Below, in pieces: positions 19,206 through 27,506 of a stretch of 64,000 bases of DNA (the stretch's first letter is position 1; the number at the start of each line of letters is the position of its first letter). A program made the translations under genes and the position numbers. Location of the stretch: positions 166,647-230,646 of the forward strand of contig JAXLRF010000005.1 in assembly GCA_046331225.1 (NCBI GenBank), given 5' to 3'. Below the pieces are notes generated by a model. It did not search any database. It had not been told where the DNA came from and saw only the letters and a program-made list of their open reading frames with translations. The DNA is from Acidimicrobiales bacterium (lineage in GTDB: Bacteria; Actinomycetota; Acidimicrobiia; Acidimicrobiales; Ilumatobacteraceae).

Positions 19206-19739
19206 ATGTCACGAACCATCACCCGCCGCGGCCTGAGCGGCCTGAGCGGCCTCGCCGTCGCCGTCGCCCTCGCCCTCGCACCCGCTGGTGCCGCGTTCGC
19301 CCAGGGAGGCAGCGGCGGTGGCGGTGGCGGCGGAGGCGGCACGGGTGGCGGGGGTGGCGGCGGCACCACGACCACCTCCACGGGCACGATCAAGGGCACC
19401 TACGGTTCGGCCGTGCCGTGCGACGGCGGCAGCGTGCTCTCGGTGACCATCGGCAAGAGCAGCACCAAGGGTGTCGAGACGCTGCTGTTGATGTCGGGCA
19501 CCACCGCCGGCTGGTGGATGTTCGAGCTGCGCGAGGACACCACGGGCAAGCTGTGGCAGGGCCACGGCACCACGATGACCGAGCTCGGCTCGACCGTCGC
19601 CCGCCTGACCACCGCCACCGGCGCCTCGCTGCCGAAGGGCACGTGGAACGTCACCTACGACGCGGTGCGCCACGACGGCGCCTTCGACGGCCCGGTCCTC
19701 GAGAGCTGCCAGGCCACCTTCACGATCCTGGTCGCCTGA
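19206..19739 (+). CDS. Small secreted protein, Tat-like signal plus poly-Gly linker (paralog 1)
   Basis: MSRTITRRGLSGLSGLAVAVALALAPAGAAFA-Q signal (TRRxL twin-arginine-like, AFA cleavage site). This is followed by GGSGGGGGGGGGTGGGGGGGTTTTSTG and a ~130 aa Cys-pair domain ending ATFTILVA. I recognise no family. Confidence 0.7.
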   Translation: MSRTITRRGLSGLSGLAVAVALALAPAGAAFAQGGSGGGGGGGGGTGGGGGGGTTTTSTGTIKGTYGSAVPCDGGSVLSVTIGKSSTKGVETLLLMSGTTAGWWMFELREDTTGKLWQGHGTTMTELGSTVARLTTATGASLPKGTWNVTYDAVRHDGAFDGPVLESCQATFTILVA

Positions 19740-19779
19740 CCGACGACCCACGCCCGCCGCAGCCCGAGCGACCCCCGGC

Positions 19780-20625
19780 TCAGCCGCAGGCGTACTCGGG
19801 CTCGGCGGTGCGTGGGTGGAACACCGCCACGGTGCCGACGTCGGCGACCGAGAACTCGACGGTGTCGTCGGCGGTCTTGGTGACCGTGCCGAACACGTAG
19901 GCGGTCGGTCCGTCGGCGATCTGCACGTCGCGCACCGGCCAGGTGGGCGGTGGCGGATCGGGCAGCGGCACCTCGGGCTCCCAGGCGCGCCCGTCGAGGT
20001 ACATGCCTGCGCAACCGCCGAGTCCGAGCGGGTATCGACCGACCTGGCCGACCGACATCGACGCGCTCGGATCGACGAGCGGCACGCTGCGGTCGGGCGG
20101 CTCGTACGGTGCCGGATCGACGGTCGGTGGCGGCGAGGCGCCGGTCCACTCGAGCAGCCGCACCCCGCCGGTCGAGTCGTCGGCGGCGGTGACGAGGATC
20201 GTCCCGTCGGGCCGGGTCCACAGGGTCGTCTGCGACCCGAGGCGCATGTCGTCGAGCTCCGGCACCACCACATCGGACCACTCGACGCCGTCGTCGGTGG
20301 TGACCATCACGAACTCGTGCTGCCAACAGCCGTCCGGGTCGTCGTAGCAGTAGTGCACGCTCGCGAGCCGTTGCCGCCCGACCAGACCGTAGAAGCGTCC
20401 GTCGATCGTGCGCGGGGCGGGGGTGGTGCGCCACGCGGCGAACGCCTCGGTGGCACGACCCACGGCCTCGTCCGGCGCAGCCGTGCCGGCCACCTCGCCG
20501 AGGGGGCCGCCCGTGATCGGCGAGCGGGCGAGGTGCGGCCCTCCCTGGTGCAGGGCCGGCGCACCGCAGGCCGCGAGGGCGTCGGTGGCGAGGCGGACGA
20601 GCTGATCGGACGTGGTGATGCTCAC
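19780..20625 (-). CDS. Chimeric ORF: duplicated ALDH N-terminus (~71-85 aa) fused to an unrelated ~196 aa fragment
   Basis: The N-terminus VSITTSDQLVRLATDALAACGAPAL...AFAAWRTTPAPR is nearly identical to the ALDH at 17483-19000. It diverges at nt 20409/20410 into TIDGRFYGLVGRQRLASVHYCYDDPDGCWQHEF...PRTAEPEYACG. It may be a fusion pseudogene. Confidence 0.6.
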   Translation of the reverse strand: MSITTSDQLVRLATDALAACGAPALHQGGPHLARSPITGGPLGEVAGTAAPDEAVGRATEAFAAWRTTPAPRTIDGRFYGLVGRQRLASVHYCYDDPDGCWQHEFVMVTTDDGVEWSDVVVPELDDMRLGSQTTLWTRPDGTILVTAADDSTGGVRLLEWTGASPPPTVDPAPYEPPDRSVPLVDPSASMSVGQVGRYPLGLGGCAGMYLDGRAWEPEVPLPDPPPPTWPVRDVQIADGPTAYVFGTVTKTADDTVEFSVADVGTVAVFHPRTAEPEYACG

Positions 20626-20653
20626 GCCGCCATCATGCCAGGGGCCACCCAAC

Positions 20654-20714
20654 GTCCTGGGTGCCACCCCGTCGCCCGTACCTGCCCCGGTGAGTCACCC
20701 GTGGCGCCCAGGAC
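20654..20714 (+). repeat. GC-rich palindromic unit, duplicate copy (arms GTCCTGGGTGCCAC / GTGGCGCCCAGGAC)
   Basis: Same element as 19029-19089 inside repeat copy 2. The right arm differs at one position (GTGG versus GCGG), which extends the complementarity. Confidence 0.7.
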
Positions 20715-20830
20715 ACCGACCTCGCGCCGATGGTCGTACGACTCACGTCCAGTGGCGGCGCGACCGCCGACGAGCGCATCGTGCGCGGCGGTGCCGACGT
20801 CCGGCGCCATCGTCACGAAAGAGTTCCGCC

Positions 20831-21370
20831 ATGTCACGAACCATCACCCGCCGCGGCCTGAGCGGCCTGAGCGGCCTCGCCGTCGCCGTCGCCCTCGCCC
20901 TCGCACCCGCTGGTGCCGCGTTCGCCCAGGGAGGAAGCGGCGGTGGCGGCGGTGGCGGCGGCGGTGGCGGCACGGGTGGCGGTGGTGCCGGTGGCACCAC
21001 GACCACCTCCACGGGCACGATCAAGGGCACCTACGGTTCGGCCGTGCCGTGCGACGGCGGCAGCGTGCTCTCGGTGACCATCGGCAAGAGCAGCACGAAG
21101 GGTGTCGAGACGGTGCTGTTGATGTCGGGCACCACCGCCGGTTGGTGGATGTTCGAGCTGCGCGAGGACACCACGGGCAAGCTGTGGCAGGGCCACGGCA
21201 CCACGATGACCGAGCTCGGCTCGACCGTCGCCCGCCTGACCACCGCCACCGGCGCCTCGCTGCCGAAGGGCACGTGGAACGTCACCTACGACGCGGTGCG
21301 CCACGACGGCGCGTTCGACGGCCCGGTCCTCGAGAGCTGCCAGGCCACCTTCACGATCCTGGTCGCCTGA
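20831..21370 (+). CDS. Small secreted protein, Tat-like signal plus poly-Gly linker (paralog 2)
   Basis: Identical to paralog 1 except for Gly-tract length and composition (GGSGGGGGGGGGGGTGGGGAGGTTTTSTG) and one L-to-V change (VETVLLMSG). Confidence 0.7.
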   Translation: MSRTITRRGLSGLSGLAVAVALALAPAGAAFAQGGSGGGGGGGGGGGTGGGGAGGTTTTSTGTIKGTYGSAVPCDGGSVLSVTIGKSSTKGVETVLLMSGTTAGWWMFELREDTTGKLWQGHGTTMTELGSTVARLTTATGASLPKGTWNVTYDAVRHDGAFDGPVLESCQATFTILVA

Positions 21371-21410
21371 CCGACGACCCACGCCCGCCGCAGCCCGAGC
21401 GACCCCCGGC

Positions 21411-21474
21411 TCAGCCGCAGGCGTACTCGGGCTCGGCGGTGCGTGGGTGGAACACCGCCACGGTGCCGACGTCG
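21411..21474 (-). pseudogene. 64-nt remnant of the 3' end of the 19780-20625 ORF (repeat copy 2 edge)
   Basis: It encodes ...DVGTVAVFHPRTAEPEYACG-stop, identical to 19780-19843, but no ORF continues upstream of 21474. Confidence 0.8.
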
Positions 21475-21562
21475 TCGAGCTGGATGCCCCGACGCAGTCT
21501 GTCAGAGACCGCCGCGATCCGTCCGTCGGACGTTCGCGCGTCCGTTCACGTCTGCAGCGCGG

Positions 21563-22588
21563 TCAGTCGAGGGTGCGGGGGACGAACACGCCGCTCGCCG
21601 GGGAGGCGCCGGTGATCGCGTCCGCAGCGAGGATCACCGCGGCCGCCGTGTACGCCGAGGTCTCGCCGAACGGGAAGCGCTCGAGCGACGGGTACACGAT
21701 GCCGGTCCAGTACGAGCCGTCGTCCAGTCGGTGCGACCGGGTCCACGCGAGCAGATCGGTCGCCGTCGCGAGATCACCGATCGCCGCGTACGCCATCGAC
21801 GCCTCGGCCGTCTCCGACGCCGTGATCCAGGGCTCGTCGCTCACGCAACGGATGCCCTTGCCCTCCATCGCGAACACGTCCCACTTCTCGGCCAGGTGCG
21901 CCTTGGCAGCCTCGCCCGTGACCGCGCCGGTGAGGACCGGGTAGTACCAGTCCATCGCCCAGCGCTCCTTCGGCTCGAACGCCTCGGGGTGGTGCGCCAC
22001 CAGCGCAGCCATGCGATCGGCCGCCTCGATCCAGTCGGCGCGCGGCTCGTTGATCAGCGCCGCCAACTGCGCACCACAGCGCAGTGCGTGCTGGATGCTC
22101 GACGAACCCGTCAGCAGCGCGTACGCCCACGGCACCGCCGCCTCGGTGCGGGCCCACAGCGCGAGCCCGTTCTCCTTGCGCATCCCGAGAACCCAGTCGA
22201 GCGCCCGCTCGACCGTCGGCCACAGGTGGTCGACGAAACCCCGGTCCCAGGTGCACAGCCAGTGGTGCCACACGCCCGTCGCGATGTACGCGCACACGTT
22301 GGTGTCGAGCTTGGCCTCCTCGACCGAACCGTCGGGCAGGTAGTAGTTCCACCAACTGCCGTCGGCGCGCTGCATGTCGACCAACCACTCGTAGGCGCGT
22401 TCGGCCTCGGCGTGGAACCCGGCGACGTCGAGCGCCATCGCGGTCTCGACGTGGTTCCACGGATCGCAGTGGCCGCCGACGAACCACGGGATCATGCCGG
22501 TGTCGAGCTGCAGACGAGCGATCGCCTCGGCGCTCTCGTGCACCTCGTCGGCGCTCAACACGCCGTCGAGATGGGGGACGGTGGTCAT
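21563..22588 (-). CDS. Prenyltransferase/squalene-oxidase-repeat (terpenoid cyclase-like alpha/alpha toroid) protein
   Basis: Repeated QW-like motifs (RADGSWWNYY, LDDGSYWTG), Trp/aromatic-rich helical repeats, 341 aa. The ATG at 22588 overlaps the methyltransferase stop. Confidence 0.65.
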   Translation of the reverse strand: MTTVPHLDGVLSADEVHESAEAIARLQLDTGMIPWFVGGHCDPWNHVETAMALDVAGFHAEAERAYEWLVDMQRADGSWWNYYLPDGSVEEAKLDTNVCAYIATGVWHHWLCTWDRGFVDHLWPTVERALDWVLGMRKENGLALWARTEAAVPWAYALLTGSSSIQHALRCGAQLAALINEPRADWIEAADRMAALVAHHPEAFEPKERWAMDWYYPVLTGAVTGEAAKAHLAEKWDVFAMEGKGIRCVSDEPWITASETAEASMAYAAIGDLATATDLLAWTRSHRLDDGSYWTGIVYPSLERFPFGETSAYTAAAVILAADAITGASPASGVFVPRTLD

Positions 22589-23322
22589 GCGCTCGCTCCG
22601 ACCGCGACCGGCTTGCGCCCGTAGACGATCAGGCTCTTGCCGAGCACCGGTGCCAGACCGCGCTCGACCAGCTTCATGCCGGCGGGCTGCTTGACGATCT
22701 CCCACTCGAGCAGCTTCTGGTAGGCGTTGACAGCCTTGCTGTCGGTGCGGCGCGGGCCGACCGCGCACTTGAGCCACCAGTACGGGGAGTGCAGCGCGTG
22801 CGCGTGGTGCGAGCCGAGCACGTCGAGGCCGGCGGTGCGCAGCTTGGCCTTCAGCTCGGTGGCGCTGTAGATGCGCACGTGCCCACCGACGCTCTTGGGC
22901 GCGTGGTACTCGTCGCTCAGCATCCAGTTGATCTTCTCGGGGAACCAACTCGGCACCGTGGCCGCGAAGGTGCCGCCCGGCCGCAACACGCGCACCAATT
23001 CGGCGATCGCGTCGACGTCGGCCTGGATGTGCTCGAGCACCTCGCTCGTGATCACACGGTCGAACGACCCGTCGGCGAACGGCAGCCGGGTGGCGTCACC
23101 GCGCAGCACACCCACGTAGCGCTCGGCCTCGATCTCGCCGCCCTCGAGCATCGCCCCGAACACGTTGCGGGTGGCGATCACCTCGTCGGCCGCGTAGTCG
23201 AGCGCGACGACGTTCGCGCCGCGACGGGCGAGCTCGAACGCGTGACGGCCGAAGCCCGCGCCCGCGTCGAGCACGAGGTCGCCGGGCTGCACGCCCAGTC
23301 GGTCGAACCGGATGGTGAGCAC
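22585..23322 (-). CDS. Class I SAM-dependent methyltransferase
   Basis: VLDAGAGFGRH (motif I), VVALDY, FDRVITSEVLEHI and LRPGG. The call uses the GTG start at 23322, 4 nt after the GT4 stop. Confidence 0.8.
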   Translation of the reverse strand: MLTIRFDRLGVQPGDLVLDAGAGFGRHAFELARRGANVVALDYAADEVIATRNVFGAMLEGGEIEAERYVGVLRGDATRLPFADGSFDRVITSEVLEHIQADVDAIAELVRVLRPGGTFAATVPSWFPEKINWMLSDEYHAPKSVGGHVRIYSATELKAKLRTAGLDVLGSHHAHALHSPYWWLKCAVGPRRTDSKAVNAYQKLLEWEIVKQPAGMKLVERGLAPVLGKSLIVYGRKPVAVGASA

Positions 23323-23326
23323 GGGA

Positions 23327-24628
23327 TCAGATCCTGCCGTTGCGGCGGAGCTTCTCGACGTTGTGCGGCATCTGCAGCACCTCGCGGTACTGGTCGACCG
23401 TGAGCTGCGCGCAGTGCTTCCAGCTCCACCGCTCGACCACACGCTGGCGACCCGCTGCACCCACGCGGGCGCGAAGGTCGGCGTCGTCGAGCCCGCGGCG
23501 CAGGGCCACCGTGAGCGCCTCGACGTCGCCGGCCTTGCACTGCAGGACGGTCTCGCCGTCGGTGCCGGTCACCTCGGGCAGCGCGCCGCCGTCGGTGGCC
23601 ACCAGGCAGATGCCGGTGCACATGGCCTCGATCGCCGGGAGGCTGAAGCCCTCGTACAGGCTCGGCACCACGGCGAGCTCGGCCTCGGCGTACAGCTCGA
23701 CGATGCGCTCGTCGCTCACGCCCGACACGAAGTCGATGTAGGGGCGCAGGCCCAGCTGGTCGATCAGGTCGGCGCTGTGGCCCTCGCGGGGCTTGCCGAT
23801 GATGGTGAGGCGCACGTCGCGCTCGGTGCGCAGTTTGGCCATCGCCTCGAGCAGGTAGCTGAGGCCCTTGAGCGCCACGTCGGCCGACGCGGTGGTGATC
23901 AATCGACCGGGCTGACGGGCGACCTCGGGTCGCGGCTGGAACAGGTCGGGGTCGACACCGACGGGCACGAGGCGCATGCGGTCGAGGCTCACGCCCATGT
24001 CGGCGTTGATGTCTTTGATCGAGTTCTCGCTCACCACGACGATGCGCGGCATCTGACGCGCGACCTTGCCCTGCATCTCGACGAAGCGGTACCAGCGGCC
24101 GAGTTGACGGCGCTTGCGCTTGGTCTTGGCGTGCTCCATCTCGAGCGCCCGGTCGCGGGTGATCGGGTGGTGCAGTGTGACGACGGTGGGGATGAGCTTC
24201 TCGACGCCGAGGATGCCGTAGCCGAGGCACTGGTTGTCGTGCACGAGGTCGAAGTCGCGGGTGCGTTGCTTCAACTCGCCGAGCACGCGCGTGCTGAACG
24301 CCCGCGGCTCGGCGAACGTACCGCGCAGGTGGGTGAGCACCTCGACCAGGTCGCCCTTGGTCTTGATCTCCCAGTAGCCCGGCAGGCGCGCGGGGTAGTG
24401 GTCGTTCCAGATGTCGAGGCTCGGCAGCTTGTGCATCGCGATGCGCTCGTCGAGCACCGGGTAGGGCTGACCGCCGTACACCTCGACCTCGTGGCCGAGA
24501 TCGACCAGCGCCTTGGTGAGGTGGCGGGTGTAGACGCCCTGTCCGCCCACGTGCGGCTTGCCCCGGTACGTGAGGTAGGCGATGCGCAGCGGCGCATCCG
24601 GATCGAGCGGCGAGCGCCGTGCAGACAT
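23327..24628 (-). CDS. Glycosyltransferase family 4 (GT-B fold)
   Basis: LRIAYLTYRGKPHVGGQGVYTRHL N-terminal block and the C-terminal EGFSLPAIEAMCTG (E-x7-E region). Confidence 0.85.
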   Translation of the reverse strand: MSARRSPLDPDAPLRIAYLTYRGKPHVGGQGVYTRHLTKALVDLGHEVEVYGGQPYPVLDERIAMHKLPSLDIWNDHYPARLPGYWEIKTKGDLVEVLTHLRGTFAEPRAFSTRVLGELKQRTRDFDLVHDNQCLGYGILGVEKLIPTVVTLHHPITRDRALEMEHAKTKRKRRQLGRWYRFVEMQGKVARQMPRIVVVSENSIKDINADMGVSLDRMRLVPVGVDPDLFQPRPEVARQPGRLITTASADVALKGLSYLLEAMAKLRTERDVRLTIIGKPREGHSADLIDQLGLRPYIDFVSGVSDERIVELYAEAELAVVPSLYEGFSLPAIEAMCTGICLVATDGGALPEVTGTDGETVLQCKAGDVEALTVALRRGLDDADLRARVGAAGRQRVVERWSWKHCAQLTVDQYREVLQMPHNVEKLRRNGRI

Positions 24629-24676
24629 GGGTGAAGAGGCTACCGGTCGGTAACCACTTTGCCGGAACCGCCCTGG

Positions 24677-25447
24677 TCAGGACCCCCAGGAGATGGTCAT
24701 CGTGCGCTGGAGCATCTCGCCCGGTTCGAGCACGGTGGCGGTCCCGAGGTTCACCGCGTCGGGTGGCCCGCTCTGGGGTTCGACGCAGGTGGCGTGCTCG
24801 GGCTCGGTGTACACCACCCAGTGGTCGCAGTCGCTCGCCACGGTGACCGCGACGTGCGGGGTGATCTGCATCACGAGCGGCCCCTGGGGCTCGACGAAGC
24901 AGTCGTCCCACGGCTGCGGGCGCGGTTCGACCAGTCGGCCCGTCGGGATCCCGGCGGCGTCCTTCTCGTACATCTGCTCGAACCGCAACTCGGCCGACAG
25001 CGGCTTGCGGAACCAGGGGTGCCATCCGAGCGTCACCGGCATCGCCTCGCCCTCGGCGGTGACGGTGAGCACGCACACCAGCGCGTCGCGGGTGAGCTGC
25101 AGGTGCTGGTGCGCCCGACCGCCGAGCGGCCAGGTGAGCGCGCACTGCATCTCGACGTGGTCGCGGCCCTGGTCGAGCACGTCCCACGCGCTGGTGAGGC
25201 CGGTGCCGTGGATCGCGTGCGGCTCGAGGTTGATCGGCAACTGGACCGTGCGGTCGCCCCAGGCGAAGCGGCCCTCGCGGATGCGGCCGGCGAAGGGCAC
25301 CATCGGGTAGCTGCCCCACAGCATCGGGTCGTCGCCGGGCATGCCCGTCACCAGCAGCTCGTCGCCACCCACCTCGATCGACGCCACGCGCCCGCCCGAG
25401 ATCGGACTCACCAACACCGTCGCCTTGCCGGCCTGCAGTTCCACCAT
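24677..25447 (-). CDS. Aldose 1-epimerase (galactose mutarotase-like) family protein
   Basis: YPMVPFAGRIREGRF, HGTG, GWHPWF and EPQSGPPDA are typical of the aldose epimerase superfamily. The call uses the ATG at 25447. Confidence 0.75.
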   Translation of the reverse strand: MVELQAGKATVLVSPISGGRVASIEVGGDELLVTGMPGDDPMLWGSYPMVPFAGRIREGRFAWGDRTVQLPINLEPHAIHGTGLTSAWDVLDQGRDHVEMQCALTWPLGGRAHQHLQLTRDALVCVLTVTAEGEAMPVTLGWHPWFRKPLSAELRFEQMYEKDAAGIPTGRLVEPRPQPWDDCFVEPQGPLVMQITPHVAVTVASDCDHWVVYTEPEHATCVEPQSGPPDAVNLGTATVLEPGEMLQRTMTISWGS

Positions 25448-25483
25448 GGCCGCCGAGTCTGGCAGCTGGCAACATGGCCGACC

Positions 25484-25921
25484 GTGCGTGGCTTGGTGCA
25501 ACGGGTGCGACAGGCGTCGGTGACCGTCGACGGCGAGGTGGTCGGGCGGATCGGTCAGGGGTTGTGCGTCCTGGTCGGCGTCACCCACGGCGACACCGAC
25601 GCCCAGGCGGTGAAGCTGGCCGACAAGATCTGGCACCTGCGCGTGATGGACGACGCCGAGGGTGTGATGAACCGATCGGTGGCCGACACCACCCGCGAGG
25701 TGCTCGTCGTCAGCCAGTTCACGCTCTACGGCGACGCGAGCGGCGGCCGCCGACCGAGCTGGATCGCCGCGGCCCGGCCCGAGCACGCCGAGCCGTTGGT
25801 CGACCGGGTGGTGGCCCGCCTGCGCGAGCTCGGCGCCACCGTGGCGACCGGCCGCTTCCGAACCGAGATGCTGGTGGCGATCGACAACGACGGCCCCGTC
25901 ACGCTGATGTTGGAGGTGTGA
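25484..25921 (+). CDS. dtd: D-aminoacyl-tRNA deacylase
   Basis: LVQRVRQASVTVDGEVVGRIGQGLCVLVGV, LVVSQFTLYGD and GRRPSW are Dtd blocks. 145 aa from the GTG at 25484. Its 3' end overlaps the convergent lnt by 23 nt. Confidence 0.85.
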   Translation: MRGLVQRVRQASVTVDGEVVGRIGQGLCVLVGVTHGDTDAQAVKLADKIWHLRVMDDAEGVMNRSVADTTREVLVVSQFTLYGDASGGRRPSWIAAARPEHAEPLVDRVVARLRELGATVATGRFRTEMLVAIDNDGPVTLMLEV

Positions 25922-27494
25922 CCTCGCTCGCCGCGCGGCGCGCCCGGTCGGCGCGATCGGCCCGGTCGGCCATGCCGACCGACAGCACCAGCACGGCGGC
26001 GGCCAGGAACCAGAACGGCAGGTTGCCGAGCGATTGGTACCAGGTGTCGCCCGACCGCAGCGAGATCTCCTGTTCGATCACGGCCCGCTCGCTCACCGAC
26101 GTGCGCTGGTGCACCTTGCCGTCGGGGTCGACGAACGCGCTGAAGCCGGTGGGCGCCGCCTGGGTGACCCAGCGCCCGGTCTCGACCGCGCGCAGCCGGC
26201 TCGACGCCACCTGCTGGGTCTGCAGGATCGTGCCGGTGTAGCTCGAGCCGTTGGTGGGGTTCATGACGAACTCGCCGCCGTGGCTCACGCCGTTGCGCAC
26301 CCGCGCGCCGAAGAAGATCTCCCACGAGATCGCCACCGCAGCACGGGTGCCGTCGGGCAGTTCGACGTACGCCGGACCGGTGCCGGCGACGGCATCGCGC
26401 GGGATCTGGTCGACGGGTGCACCGAAGGCCTCGAGCACCCCGCGCAGCGGCACGTACTCGCCGAACGGCACGCGCCGCACCTTCTCGTAGCGGCTGACGA
26501 TCGAGCCGTCGACACCCACCACCACCTGCGCGTTCAGGAACGCGCCCGGGTCGTCGTCGCTCGTCGGGGCGACCTCCTCGGTGATGCCGACCGCGAACGG
26601 CGCACCGATCCGCTTCGCCTCGGCGGCGATCTCCTGGTGCTCGACGCTGCCCTCGAAGGTGTCGACGTCGATCACGTTCTCGGGCCAGAGCACCAGATCG
26701 GTGCTGCCCGGCTGGATCTCGCCGGTGGCGGCGAGGTGCCGTTCGACGACCTCGCGCGAGTCGGTGTGGATCGCGTGCGTGCCCTGTGGTCCACCACCCT
26801 GCACGATCGTCACCCGCATCGTCCGACCGGTGTCGTGCCCCTCCGGCGCCACGGCGGCCAGCACGATCACGAGCACCGACGCGAGGAACGCGATGCCGCC
26901 GTGCAACTGGCGGCGGGCGCCGCGGCGCTTCACCATCGCCGGCACGTACGGCGACGGCCCGGCCAGCGCGAAGCCGATCTGGAACACCAGCCACGACAGC
27001 AGGATCACCCCGCCGACGCGAGCGACGCCGAGCAGCGGGCCACCCGCCTGGCCGATCGCCAGCGTCGCGAGCGGCACCCCGCCGAACGGGAACACGAGCC
27101 GCAGTGCCTCGACGACCGTGTGCGCCGCGGGGCGGCCGATCACCCGCCACGGTCCGGTGGGCGCCACCGTCGCCGCGAGGCCGTGCAGGGCGGCGAACAG
27201 CAGCCCGGCCACCAGATACCCCGGCGCGGTGAGGAACCACATCCAGCCCATGCCGGGGAACAGCCAGCCGATGCCGAACAGCAGGCCACGCCACCACCGG
27301 TCGCGTCGCGACGGCGTCTCGCCGAGGGACACCTCGAAGAGCGCGACGCCGACGAAGGCCAACGGCCAGAAGCCCCAGGGCGGCAGCGACATCGCCACGG
27401 TGAAGCCGGCACCGAGCGCGAGCGCGGGCGCGGCGAGGCGTTGACGACGGGTCCGGTCGGGCACGGCGGGCCACACTACCGGCGCGCCCGGCAC
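25899..27494 (-). CDS. lnt: Apolipoprotein N-acyltransferase
   Basis: A multi-TM N-terminal half, then a CN-hydrolase domain (VLWPENV, ISWEIFF, NPTNGSSY). 531 aa. Confidence 0.85.
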   Translation of the reverse strand: MPGAPVVWPAVPDRTRRQRLAAPALALGAGFTVAMSLPPWGFWPLAFVGVALFEVSLGETPSRRDRWWRGLLFGIGWLFPGMGWMWFLTAPGYLVAGLLFAALHGLAATVAPTGPWRVIGRPAAHTVVEALRLVFPFGGVPLATLAIGQAGGPLLGVARVGGVILLSWLVFQIGFALAGPSPYVPAMVKRRGARRQLHGGIAFLASVLVIVLAAVAPEGHDTGRTMRVTIVQGGGPQGTHAIHTDSREVVERHLAATGEIQPGSTDLVLWPENVIDVDTFEGSVEHQEIAAEAKRIGAPFAVGITEEVAPTSDDDPGAFLNAQVVVGVDGSIVSRYEKVRRVPFGEYVPLRGVLEAFGAPVDQIPRDAVAGTGPAYVELPDGTRAAVAISWEIFFGARVRNGVSHGGEFVMNPTNGSSYTGTILQTQQVASSRLRAVETGRWVTQAAPTGFSAFVDPDGKVHQRTSVSERAVIEQEISLRSGDTWYQSLGNLPFWFLAAAVLVLSVGMADRADRADRARRAASEVTPPTSA

Positions 27495-27506
27495 GCGGCC
27501 GGGCGC

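Larger units (their letters stand above)
18785..19843. repeat. Direct repeat copy 1 (~1.06 kb segmental duplication)
   Basis: Aligned by eye to 20410-21474. I count about ten substitutions plus a length-variable Gly-codon tract (net 6 bp). It covers the ALDH 5' end (through codons ...AFAAWRTTPAPR), the divergent intergenic region, the whole small secreted-protein gene, and the last 64 nt of the convergent ORF. Confidence 0.95.
20410..21474. repeat. Direct repeat copy 2 (~1.06 kb segmental duplication)
   Basis: See copy 1. The offset is 1625 nt at the left boundary and 1631 nt at the right boundary. Confidence 0.95.

Noticed and set aside
19306-19375. Short GGC/GGT repeat arrays here and at 20931-21000, and the 12-bp repeats at 27523-27570, considered as possible CRISPR-like arrays.
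   Set aside because: They are in-frame codon repeats (poly-Gly, TPAG) inside coding sequences, with no spacers and no cas genes nearby.
18785-21474. Whether the duplicated segment is a mobile element (IS, MITE, integrative element).
   Set aside because: There is no transposase or integrase ORF, no terminal inverted repeats and no target-site duplication at the boundaries. Both boundaries fall inside ordinary genes, which fits recombination or duplication rather than transposition.
21475-21562. Small inverted repeats (GTCT-GTCAG-AGAC, CGTCC-GTC-GGACG) downstream of the prenyltransferase-like gene, considered as a terminator.
   Set aside because: The stems are only 4-5 bp with no U-tract, which is too weak to call.
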